From the NCBI GenBank assembly GCA_903911145.1, contig CAIWCD010000008.1:1-42150 (forward strand): a DNA stretch of 42,150 nucleotides. Direction: 5' to 3'. Under the pieces are notes generated by a model. It made no database searches. It was not told where the DNA came from and saw only the letters and a list, made by a program, of their open reading frames with translations. Below are positions 12,951 through 23,317 of the stretch, piece by piece. The translations under genes were made by a program, and so were the position numbers. The stretch comes from an uncultured delta proteobacterium (GTDB lineage Bacteria > Myxococcota > Myxococcia > Myxococcales > 40CM-4-68-19). Position 1 is the stretch's first letter. The number at the start of each line of letters is the position of its first letter.

Positions 12951-13649
12951 CTACGCCGACAACTCGGTGCGGCTGCCGTATGCGAGGAGCCCGTCGAGAT
13001 CCTTGAGCACGAGCATGCGCCCACGCGATTCGAGCAGCCCGTCGCGCTTCATCTCATTGACCAGCGTGCTGACGAACGAGCGCGACGCGCCGACGAGATC
13101 CGCCAGGTCCTGCTGTGTGATCCCGTGCAGCCGCCGCTCCGATCCCTCGTGCTCGCCCACCTGGTTCCAGAGAACGACCAGCGTCTCCGCGAGCAGCGCC
13201 GGAACATCCTTGCGCGTGAGAGCCTGCACGCGTCGCCCCAGCGTGCGCACCCGCGCCTCGAGCGTGCGGATGACATCGATTGCCAGCGCTGGCCGTCCCT
13301 CGATCAGCGTGCGGAAATCGCGCGCCTCGATCGTCCAGACATCGCACTTTCCCACCGCGATGGCCGTCTCGTCCGCGAGCGCCCCGTCCGCACGCAGCGC
13401 GGCTCCGAAGAACTCTCCCGGCCGAAGCAACGCATGAAGTTGACCTCGGCGCGCATCCCCATCAACGAGCCGCACGCGCCCTTCGCGGAGCAGATAGAAC
13501 TTTTCGAGTGCGTCGCCCTGGCGATAGATGCTCTGCCCCGTCGCGAACGTCTCGACGCGAAAGTAACCGCGAAAATCGATCACATCGGAGATGGGAAGGC
13601 TCGGCGCGGAGGCAGGATTGCGAGCAACGGATTGGAGCTGGGTACGCAT
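12951..13649 (-). CDS. mrpC: Crp/Fnr family regulator, MrpC-like
   Basis: IDFRGYFRVE, LRPGEFFG, RDFR...RPALAIDV and GITQQDLADLVGASRSFVSTLVNEMKR closely resemble Myxococcus MrpC as recalled; lies directly downstream of an MrpB-like gene; GGAGG RBS. Confidence 0.85.
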   Translation of the reverse strand: MRTQLQSVARNPASAPSLPISDVIDFRGYFRVETFATGQSIYRQGDALEKFYLLREGRVRLVDGDARRGQLHALLRPGEFFGAALRADGALADETAIAVGKCDVWTIEARDFRTLIEGRPALAIDVIRTLEARVRTLGRRVQALTRKDVPALLAETLVVLWNQVGEHEGSERRLHGITQQDLADLVGASRSFVSTLVNEMKRDGLLESRGRMLVLKDLDGLLAYGSRTELSA

Positions 13650-13677
13650 GACGTCCTCCAGGAGGTGCCTTCTGGAA

Positions 13678-13693
13678 AGCGACGGACGTGCCA
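13678..13693 (-). promoter_or_regulatory. Sigma54 (-24/-12) promoter of mrpC
   Basis: Minus strand reads TGGCACGTCCGTCGCT against consensus TGGCACGnnnnTTGCW; GG-N10-GC spacing intact. Confidence 0.8.
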
Positions 13694-13763
13694 GCAGGCA
13701 CAGCGCGCGGAAGGGCCGTGGCGCCCTGCTGCGTCTGGTTCAGGAAGCAGTTGGGCAGGAGCG

Positions 13764-13826
13764 TTGAACGAAACATTCAATGACGAAGTCGTCGATCAAT
13801 CAAACGACCTGAACGAAACGTTCAAT
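13764..13826. promoter_or_regulatory. Pair of palindromic sites, candidate enhancer (UAS) for the sigma54 promoter
   Basis: TGAACGAAACATTCAAT (13765-13781) and TGAACGAAACGTTCAAT (13810-13826): 16/17 identical, 45 bp apart, each close to TGAAC-N5-GTTCA. Confidence 0.6.
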
Positions 13827-15228
13827 CCTCGATCCCGTATTTCCGGAGTTTCCGCTCGAGCGTCGGGCGAGAGATCCCGAGAATCTTGCAAGTGCGGCCC
13901 TTGTGTTGACCGGCGAGCAGATAAACGCGGGCAATGTGGCCCCGCTCGAGATCGTCGAGGGAGAGGGCGCCCTCAAGCGACGTGAGCTCCCCACCACCTG
14001 CTGTGCCGCGAGCAGGACGCGTGTCCCGGACAGGCGACATCTCGGCGGGCAGAGGCTCGTGTGGCTCGACCGCTTCGCGCAGATGCTCCTCGAGGAGAAT
14101 ATCGCCGTCGCTCAGCACCGCGGCACGCGTGAGCACGTTCTCGAGTTCACGCACGTTGCCTGGCCAGGGGCGATCCTGAAGCAGTTGCAGCGACTGGCGC
14201 GGCACTCGCCGCAGCCGCTTGTGGAGCCGCTGGTTGATGCGCGAGAGAAGGTGCTCGACGAGCTGCGGGATGTCCTCCCGTCGCTCGCGAAGCGAGGGAA
14301 CACGCAGGGTCACCACCTTGAGCCGCTGGTAGAGGTCGGCGCGGAAGAGGCCCGCGTTGACATCAGCAGCGAGGTCGCGGTGGGTCGCGGCCAGCACGCG
14401 CGCGCGCACGGGAATCGAACGAGTCCCGCCGACACGCTCGAACTCCCGCTCCTGCAGGACGCGCAGCAACTTGCTCTGCAGCGAGAGCGACAACTCGCCG
14501 ATCTCGTCGAGGAAGACCGTTCCGTCCTGCGCGAGTTCGAAGCGGCCCGCCTTGCTCTGCACGGCCCCCGTGAACGCGCCCTTCTCGTGGCCGAACAGCT
14601 CCGTCTCCAGCAGCGTTTCCACGAGCGCCGAGCAGTTGACGGCGACGAACGGCTTCGTCTCGCCCGGGGCCTGCCCATAGCTGTGCAATATGCGCGCGAT
14701 CATCTCCTTGCCCGTGCCGCTCTCGCCTTGAATCAGCACGGCTGCGCGGCTGGCGGCGACCTTGCCGAGCTCTTTGAAGAGGCGCTGCATAGGTCGCGAC
14801 GCGCCGACGAGATTTGCAAGCGAATCGCTGGTACCGACGGGGAGCGAATCGGGCGCGCGGGAGAGCCGACGCTGTTCGAGCGCGCGGGCAAGCGCCTGGT
14901 CGAACGCCTCAATGTCGATCGGCTTGTGCAGATAGTCGAACGCGCCCGCCTTCATCGCGAGGATGGTCGTCGCCATGTCGTGGTGCGCGGTGATCATCAG
15001 CACCGGCGATTCCGAAGCGCTCTCACGCAGCGCGGGAATGAGGTCGATCCCAGAGCCGTCGGGGAGTCGCATGTCGAGCACGATGGCGGAGGGCTGTGCC
15101 TTCGCCGCGAGCCGCGCGCCGTCCTCGGCAGACGAAGCCGCGAGCACGGAGTAGCCGCGCTCCTCGAGGTGCATGGTGAGCAGCTCGCGGATCGAGCGGT
15201 CGTCGTCGACGATGAGAATCGGCTCCAC
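13822..15228 (-). CDS. mrpB: Sigma54-dependent NtrC-type response regulator, MrpB-like
   Basis: Receiver domain ([38 protein letters not shown]), [54 protein letters not shown]; adjacent to mrpC. Start taken as GTG 15228 (15237 possible). Confidence 0.82.
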   Translation of the reverse strand: MEPILIVDDDRSIRELLTMHLEERGYSVLAASSAEDGARLAAKAQPSAIVLDMRLPDGSGIDLIPALRESASESPVLMITAHHDMATTILAMKAGAFDYLHKPIDIEAFDQALARALEQRRLSRAPDSLPVGTSDSLANLVGASRPMQRLFKELGKVAASRAAVLIQGESGTGKEMIARILHSYGQAPGETKPFVAVNCSALVETLLETELFGHEKGAFTGAVQSKAGRFELAQDGTVFLDEIGELSLSLQSKLLRVLQEREFERVGGTRSIPVRARVLAATHRDLAADVNAGLFRADLYQRLKVVTLRVPSLRERREDIPQLVEHLLSRINQRLHKRLRRVPRQSLQLLQDRPWPGNVRELENVLTRAAVLSDGDILLEEHLREAVEPHEPLPAEMSPVRDTRPARGTAGGGELTSLEGALSLDDLERGHIARVYLLAGQHKGRTCKILGISRPTLERKLRKYGIED

Positions 15229-15364
15229 GGCGCGCACTCTAGCAGGCGGCCCGACCCGACTGGGTTGCGACGCGCTCCACAGGCCGGAAGGGCGAGATAA
15301 CCGATGCCTGTGGATCGGCACCAGATGCGCCCTGCAGTTTCGCGGGCATGGCTGGGGGCGAGGC

Positions 15365-15373
15365 TGTGGATAA
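15365..15373. promoter_or_regulatory. Perfect DnaA box upstream of the replication-gene cluster
   Basis: TGTGGATAA (reverse complement TTATCCACA), followed by an AT-rich stretch and TTGACG-N16-TAGAAC. Confidence 0.55.
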
Positions 15374-15513
15374 CCTGTGCCTCAACAGGTATAATTTATC
15401 ATGTATTGACGGCTGCTTAGACGCGAGTAGAACCCGCTTCCCCTCGCCGCGAAAGCCAGCGGGAGACAGCCTGATGTCGGAGGCTGGGCGTAGGGGTTGG
15501 AGTGGGAAGATCC

Positions 15514-16128
15514 ATGGACGCGCGAGCCTACATTGAAGCCATCGCCGCGGAGCTCTCCCGCGTGCGCGGTGCGGGGCTCTTCCTCTCGGCGAGCGACGCA
15601 AAGCTCGCCCTCGGCTGGCACGCGGCCGCTGTTCCACTCACGACCGTGCTCGAGGCCGTTCGCGATGGCAAGCGGCTCAAGGCGCGCAAGAGCGCACGCG
15701 GCGCGGGCGAGCCAGCGATCTCCCTCTCTGCGATCGCCCCCACCATCGAGGCGCGTTCGTCGAGCAAGCGCGGCAAAGCCGTGCGGGTGGTCACCGGGCG
15801 CGACAGCCTCCGCGATGAACTTCTCGCGGCCGCCGCGGTCTCAGGCCTGCGCGCACGGGCCGCCTGGATCGCGCTGGCGAACGACGCCGAGACGCTGCTC
15901 GCGACATCAGCAGACGCGTACTGGACGCGGACGATCGCGGCGCTGCGCGCTGCGCTTCCCGAGCTCTCGCGCGCCGAGAGGCAGACGCTGGTGAAGGCGC
16001 TTCGTGAGCGCATGCCGCGCCGGCCGGGCTCGATGACCCACCGGCGCTTTCGCCGCGCGCAGGCGCTCCATCTGCTGAAGACCGCGAGCAGCCTCTTTTC
16101 GCTTCCCCCTGCCCCATTTCTCCTCTAG
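15514..16128 (+). CDS. Hypothetical protein, N-terminus possibly DnaD/replication-organiser-like
   Basis: First gene of an apparent operon with a DnaC-like ATPase. RGAGLFLSASDAKLALGW...VPLTTVLEAV loosely resembles the DnaD-type helical domain (function inferred). Confidence 0.55.
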   Translation: MDARAYIEAIAAELSRVRGAGLFLSASDAKLALGWHAAAVPLTTVLEAVRDGKRLKARKSARGAGEPAISLSAIAPTIEARSSSKRGKAVRVVTGRDSLRDELLAAAAVSGLRARAAWIALANDAETLLATSADAYWTRTIAALRAALPELSRAERQTLVKALRERMPRRPGSMTHRRFRRAQALHLLKTASSLFSLPPAPFLL

Positions 16129-16153
16129 CGCCGTGCCTGAAGGTCGCCCTGCA

Positions 16154-17092
16154 ATGACCGAATCCGCTGCTGCCGCACCTGATCGCGCTCGCTGCTCCCG
16201 CTGCGCTGGAGAGGGAGCACTCCTGCTCGTGAAGGCGGGAAAAGTTGTCGCCGAGGCGTGCGAATGCACCCGCACCTGCCCTCGCTGCGAAGGCACCGGG
16301 CGGCTCTACGAGACCGATGTGCGCGGCTACAGCGTGCTGCGCGGATGCACCTGCGGAGCGGACCCGCGGAGGCTCGCCATGCTCGCCGGCCTCAAGCTTC
16401 CGACCCACTTCATCGACAAGACGCTCTCGAACTATCGACCGCGCAATCCACAGCAGATGAAGGCGCTCGGGCGCGCGGGGCGATTCGTGGATGAGCTCGT
16501 GCCGCAGACAGCAGGGACGCGAGCGCTCTGTTTCGTCGGGCCGCCAGGCACAGGCAAGACGCATCTGCTCGCGGCGATCCTGCGGCAGCTCGCTCTCGAG
16601 AAAGGCGTGCGCGGGCGCTACGCGGAATTCTTCCTGCTACTCAGCGACATCAAGGACGGCTACTCGAACGGCACGTCCGCGCGCGACTGGCTGGAGCCGC
16701 TGCGCGAAGTCGAAGTGCTCGCCATCGACGAGGTCGGCAAAGGAGGCAAGAACCGCGAGTGGGAGCAGGGAGTGATCGATGAGATCATTTCAGTTCGCTA
16801 CAACGCGGGCAGACCGACGCTGCTCGCGACCAACTATCCGCGGCCCGGCGCGACCTGGAAGTTTGGCGCCGAGGGAGAAGTCGGAGAGACGCTCGAGCAG
16901 CGCGTCGGACCGCGCGTCTATTCGCGGCTGCATGAGCATTGCGACTTCATCGAGGTGCTCGGCAGCGACTTCCGTCGTGAACAGCATGAGGAGCGCGAGC
17001 GCGCACCCGGCGCGGTGCAGGGACGTCGCGGGATTCCGGGAGTTGGAGACGCGCTGCCGCTGAAGTCGCGCACGGACCGGAGCGGTCGGTAG
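16154..17092 (+). CDS. DnaC/DnaI/IstB-like AAA+ ATPase with Cys-rich N-terminus
   Basis: CSRC, CEC, CPRC and CTC motifs; Walker A GPPGTGKTHL; Walker B LAIDEVG; IISVRYN...LATNY; RVYSRL. Confidence 0.85.
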   Translation: MTESAAAAPDRARCSRCAGEGALLLVKAGKVVAEACECTRTCPRCEGTGRLYETDVRGYSVLRGCTCGADPRRLAMLAGLKLPTHFIDKTLSNYRPRNPQQMKALGRAGRFVDELVPQTAGTRALCFVGPPGTGKTHLLAAILRQLALEKGVRGRYAEFFLLLSDIKDGYSNGTSARDWLEPLREVEVLAIDEVGKGGKNREWEQGVIDEIISVRYNAGRPTLLATNYPRPGATWKFGAEGEVGETLEQRVGPRVYSRLHEHCDFIEVLGSDFRREQHEERERAPGAVQGRRGIPGVGDALPLKSRTDRSGR

Positions 17093-17094
17093 TG

Positions 17095-17592
17095 ATGAAC
17101 AAGAACATGCACGGACTGCGCAGCCTGCTTGAGTTGGCGATGCACCAGGCGGGGCTCTCCTCGTCGCTCGCGCGGCGATTGCCAAAGCAGGTCTGGGAGG
17201 CAGCGGTGGGGCGCGAGATCGCGACGCGTGCGCAGCCGACGCATCTCACTGCGGGCGTGCTGCACGTACTCGTCGAGGATCACCGATGGAGAGACCAGCT
17301 CGACGCGATGCGCATGGAGCTGATCTCACGGGTCAATGCACGGCTGGGCAAAGCGCTCGTTCGCGAACTGCATTTTGGTCTCGCACACGCGGGGGCCTTG
17401 CCGGCACGAAGGCCGCTGGGGCGCGCCATCGGCGCAGCGGACAACTGTGCGCTGGAGCAGGCTGGGCGCGGCCGAGAGCATGATCTCCCGGAACATCTTC
17501 GCGGAGGCGCAAAGCTCGGCGGCGAACTCGGCGAAGCCTTTCTTCGCGCTGGGCGAGCGGCCCAGCGAAGCCGCGAAGAGGCGCGACAGTGA
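17095..17592 (+). CDS. dciA: DciA (DUF721) family protein
   Basis: WEAAVGREIATRAQP...GVLHVLVEDHRWRDQL...LISRVNARLG...VRELHF is the DUF721 pattern. Confidence 0.8.
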   Translation: MNKNMHGLRSLLELAMHQAGLSSSLARRLPKQVWEAAVGREIATRAQPTHLTAGVLHVLVEDHRWRDQLDAMRMELISRVNARLGKALVRELHFGLAHAGALPARRPLGRAIGAADNCALEQAGRGREHDLPEHLRGGAKLGGELGEAFLRAGRAAQRSREEARQ

Positions 17593-18911
17593 GCGCGCAG
17601 CGGCGTGCGAATCCGCGCGAACATCACTCGAAGGCAGCGGCGACGAGCGATCTCGCCAGGCCCTCGCGCGAGGCGTGGGCAGCGCTGGGGCCCTACGCGC
17701 GCACGCGCCTCACCGTGCACGCGCTGGGAAAATCGCTCGCGCTCGATGTCCCCGGCGACGTCTTCTCCACGCAGCGGATCGACGAGGGCACGCAGCTGCT
17801 GCTCTCGCATCTTCCCGCCGCCGAGCCCACTCGCCTGCTCGATCTCGGCTGCGGCTACGGTGCTCTCGGACTGCCGGTCGCGGCCCGTTTCCCCTCGTGC
17901 CGCGCGCTGCTCGTCGATCGCGATCTGCTCGCGGTGGCGGCCTCCGCGCACAACGCGCGCGCGCTCGGTCTGGTCAATGTTGAGGCTCGGCCCTCTCTCG
18001 GATTTCGCGATCTGCCCGACGCGAACGAGCGATTCGACTGGCTGCTCTGCAACGTCCCGGCGCGCATCGGCGCGACCGCGATCGGCCACTTTCTCCTCGA
18101 GGGGCGAGCCCTCCTGTCGCCCGGCGGGGAAGTTCGCGTGGTGGTGATTCGCGATCTCGTACCGGTCGTCCGCGCAGCGGCAGTGGCGCGCGGATTCGCC
18201 GATGAGGTGCGCGAAATCGTCCACGGTCCGCGCCACTCGGTCTTTGCGCTTGAGGCAAGCAAGAGCGCAGCGGCAGACCGCGCACCAACGCTCTCGGCCG
18301 CGCCAGGAGCCGACGGGATCGATTCGATCTACGCACGCGATGAAAGCCCGCTGCCGATCCCGCACGGTTCGCACGCCCCATCGATCTCGCTCGTCCGGCC
18401 GCACGATGCCTCCGAAGATCCGCGCCACGCCGAGGCGCTCGCGTTCTTCTTTTCTGCGTTCCCGCGCACCGCCCCCGCTCGCGTGCTCGCGTTTCGCTGT
18501 GGATTCGGCGGCGCAGCGCTCGCGAGTCTCGCGCTCTGGCCAGGGGCACACGTCGTTGCGCAAGAGCGCGATCTTCTCGACGCGACGTTCCTCGTGCGCA
18601 ATGCGCGCGCGCTGTCGATGCACCAGCGACTCGACGCGCGCACGACTCTCTTTCCTGGCGAGGCCGCGGCGAAGCAGGTGTTCGATCTGGTGGTCGGTGA
18701 GCTCTCATCGTCGGCGGGAGACCTCGTCGCGGCGCGCGAGCTCAAGGAGGCCCGCGCGATGCTCGCTCCGCGAGGGCAGGCATTTGTGCTCGCGCCGCAG
18801 AAGATGAACGAAGCGATCGCGCGTGCGAATGCAGGATTCTCGCTCCTGCTCGAGCGCGGAGGCTTCGCGATCTGGCGCGCAGGGGCTTCGGCCGCTTCGG
18901 CGCGAACGTGA
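17589..18911 (+). CDS. Two-domain class I SAM methyltransferase (RsmC/MTS-like)
   Basis: DVFSTQRIDEGT, LLDLGCGYG and LCNVP in domain 1; degenerate second domain (VLAFRCGFG). Confidence 0.75.
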   Translation: MSAQRRANPREHHSKAAATSDLARPSREAWAALGPYARTRLTVHALGKSLALDVPGDVFSTQRIDEGTQLLLSHLPAAEPTRLLDLGCGYGALGLPVAARFPSCRALLVDRDLLAVAASAHNARALGLVNVEARPSLGFRDLPDANERFDWLLCNVPARIGATAIGHFLLEGRALLSPGGEVRVVVIRDLVPVVRAAAVARGFADEVREIVHGPRHSVFALEASKSAAADRAPTLSAAPGADGIDSIYARDESPLPIPHGSHAPSISLVRPHDASEDPRHAEALAFFFSAFPRTAPARVLAFRCGFGGAALASLALWPGAHVVAQERDLLDATFLVRNARALSMHQRLDARTTLFPGEAAAKQVFDLVVGELSSSAGDLVAARELKEARAMLAPRGQAFVLAPQKMNEAIARANAGFSLLLERGGFAIWRAGASAASART

Positions 18912-18947
18912 ACGCGCGACGAGCTCGGCCCTGTTAGAAGCTGGCGC

Positions 18948-19751
18948 ATGACCGAGTACATCCACGGCGGCACCGACGAGATCGAAACGGCGCGACTCGA
19001 GAAACAGGCGCAGTACCTCTCGCGCTGGCTGCTCGACGGGATCGATGTTGGACCCGGTGCCCGCCTGCTCGATCTCGCTTGCGGCGTCGGCGCGATGGCT
19101 CGCCGCCTGCGCGCGCGGCTGCCCGACGTGCATCTCGTCGGCTGCGACCTCTCGCTCTCGCAGGTGCGGGCGGCAAGGCACTTCAGCGGACGCGGTGGCG
19201 ACGCGACCATCCCATTCGCCTGCGCAGACGCGGGCCAACTTCCCTTCCGCAACGGCGCGTTCGACGCGATCCACTGCTCCTGGCTGCTCGAGCACGTGCC
19301 GGGCGGCGCGACGGTCGGGATCCTGCGCGAAGCGCGCCGCGTGCTTGCAACGGGGGGGAGGCTCTGGCTCTGCGAAGTGGAGAACGAGAGCCTCCATTTC
19401 TGGCCGCGTCTGCCGCTGGTCGAGGAGTGCTTCGAAGCGCTCTGGACCGCGCAGGTCAAGGGCGGCGGCGATCCGATCGTCGGTCGCAAGTTGCACGGTC
19501 TCTGCACCGCGGCTGGCTTCTCGCAAGTGCTGGTGACCCCCACGACGGTGCACCAACACGCCGGTTCGCCAGTCGGCTTCTGGCGAGCGTCACTGGAGGA
19601 GTTCGCCGAGATTCTCGAGAGCGGCACCGATGCGCTTCCAGACGGTCTGCGCCCACGCGTCGCCGAAGCTGTCGCGCAACTGTTCGCTCTGCAGAGCACG
19701 CCTGGCGCGTCGTTCACTTACACGTTCTTCCGCGCGAGGGCTGAGGGCTAG
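18948..19751 (+). CDS. Class I SAM-dependent methyltransferase
   Basis: YIHG...RLEKQA, LLDLACGVG, DAGQLPF, WLLEHVP, GDPIVGRKL. Confidence 0.88.
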   Translation: MTEYIHGGTDEIETARLEKQAQYLSRWLLDGIDVGPGARLLDLACGVGAMARRLRARLPDVHLVGCDLSLSQVRAARHFSGRGGDATIPFACADAGQLPFRNGAFDAIHCSWLLEHVPGGATVGILREARRVLATGGRLWLCEVENESLHFWPRLPLVEECFEALWTAQVKGGGDPIVGRKLHGLCTAAGFSQVLVTPTTVHQHAGSPVGFWRASLEEFAEILESGTDALPDGLRPRVAEAVAQLFALQSTPGASFTYTFFRARAEG

Positions 19752-20951
19752 GTGGCCGCGTTCCTGCCCCTTCAGCTTGCGCTGGTCACGGCCGCGCTGG
19801 TCAATCCCAACGTGCGCGTCGAAGTGCTGGGGTTGCTCCATCCCCACCGCGCAACGATTTCTGCGGGCCATCGAGAGTTGAACGTCCGCGCCGTCGGCGA
19901 CCGTCTGCATTTCGGCGTGGGGCCTGAACGAGTGCTGCTGCGCATTGAATCGCCCGCGGCGAACGAGCCTCCTGTGTCGATCAAGATCGACAAGCTCGCA
20001 CGGCGACGCTTCGCGGGCGCACTCGAGCTGCGTGCGCATGCTGGCGAGCTCGAGATCATCAACGAAGTTCCGCTCGAGGAGTATGTCGCCTCGGTCGTCG
20101 GAGCCGAGATGCCGCGCGCGCCGCTCGAGGCGCAGAAGGCTCTCTCCATCGTGGCGAGATCGTTTGCACTCAACACAATTCAGAGGAGCGCAGGGGGCGC
20201 AAATCCGGGCGCGCACGACTCCGCGCCGCTCTGCGATCAGACGCACTGCCAGCTCTATCTTGGGCTCGCAAGCAGTTCAAAATCCGCTCGAGCAGCGACG
20301 GCCGCGACGCAGGGAGTTGGACTTCTCCTCCCGTCGGGGCACGTCGCAGCAACGCAGCACCACGCGGCCTGCGGTGGTCACACTGCGACGGCCAGGGAGC
20401 TGTGGCTCCACGCGAGCGACGATGAAGAGCTGGCCTCCGCGTCCGTCGATGATCATCTCCCGAGCGGTGCAGCCGCATGTGCTGCCGGCCCGGGAGATCC
20501 GCCGCTCGAGTGGCAAGCGGAGATCGACGCGACTGCACTCGCGCACGCACTGGGCGCGGCTTCGCCGCTGTCGGTCGCCCTTGAACGCGCGCCGGAGGGA
20601 TGGGTCCGCACACTGTCGTTCAACGGCCACTTCGTCGGTGCCGACGAACTGCACCTGCTCCTCGGCCGGGCTCTGGGATGGAATCGAATCCGCTCGAGCC
20701 GCATCTTCTGGAGCGACGCCAATGTCGCGTCAGAGGCCTCCGATGACTCCGCGAAGAGCACCACTGCTCAGGTTCACGCAACTCCCCGCCGCGTCGTCTT
20801 GCGCGGTCTGGGGTTCGGGCACGGCGTAGGTCTCTGCCAGCGCGGAGCCTCGCGTTGGGCTCGCGCAGGAGAGACGTACGAACGGATTCTCGCGCACTAC
20901 TTTCCCAAACTCACCGTCGGGCGCTTGCCATTGACCCCCATTCCGGGGTAG
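19752..20951 (+). CDS. SpoIID/LytB domain protein
   Basis: [67 protein letters not shown]. Confidence 0.9.
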   Translation: MAAFLPLQLALVTAALVNPNVRVEVLGLLHPHRATISAGHRELNVRAVGDRLHFGVGPERVLLRIESPAANEPPVSIKIDKLARRRFAGALELRAHAGELEIINEVPLEEYVASVVGAEMPRAPLEAQKALSIVARSFALNTIQRSAGGANPGAHDSAPLCDQTHCQLYLGLASSSKSARAATAATQGVGLLLPSGHVAATQHHAACGGHTATARELWLHASDDEELASASVDDHLPSGAAACAAGPGDPPLEWQAEIDATALAHALGAASPLSVALERAPEGWVRTLSFNGHFVGADELHLLLGRALGWNRIRSSRIFWSDANVASEASDDSAKSTTAQVHATPRRVVLRGLGFGHGVGLCQRGASRWARAGETYERILAHYFPKLTVGRLPLTPIPG

Positions 20952-21031
20952 TGGGCGCGCCTTCATTTCCTGGGACTTCCGACGGCCACTGTGCGGCCCG
21001 AGGACCACCCCCAAAGAAGGGCAGAACCGCC

Positions 21032-23155
<2,124 letters not shown>

Positions 23156-23158
23156 TTC

Positions 23159-23205
23159 GCACTCAAACGATTATCGAAATTACCGATTCGGTAATTTTTC
23201 GGTAA
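23159..23205. repeat. AT-rich palindromic element after fusA, sharing a 31-bp core with 32272-32302
   Basis: GCACTCAAACGA-TTATCGAAATTACCGA-T-TCGGTAATTTTTCGGTAA. Confidence 0.7.
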
Positions 23206-23317
23206 CGCGGGTCGCTTCTCGAGAGGGGAGCGGCCCGTTTCGCTTCGTGGTCGAGCGTCACGCATCCGCGATTGCCGCTTGCCCGTCGTGCGTGCGCGTG
23301 CTCTTCGTTCACGCGTG

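Noticed and set aside
13764..13826. Myxococcus-type LexA boxes
   Set aside because: Half-sites are similar, but the spacer is 5 bp rather than the 4 bp I recall for that box; the position fits a sigma54 enhancer better.
15300..15420. Chromosomal origin (oriC)
   Set aside because: Only one perfect DnaA box, a short AT-rich tract, and no dnaA, dnaN or gidA context.
16154..17092. IS21 element (IstB) or prophage replication module
   Set aside because: No IstA transposase, terminal inverted repeats, integrase or other phage genes nearby.
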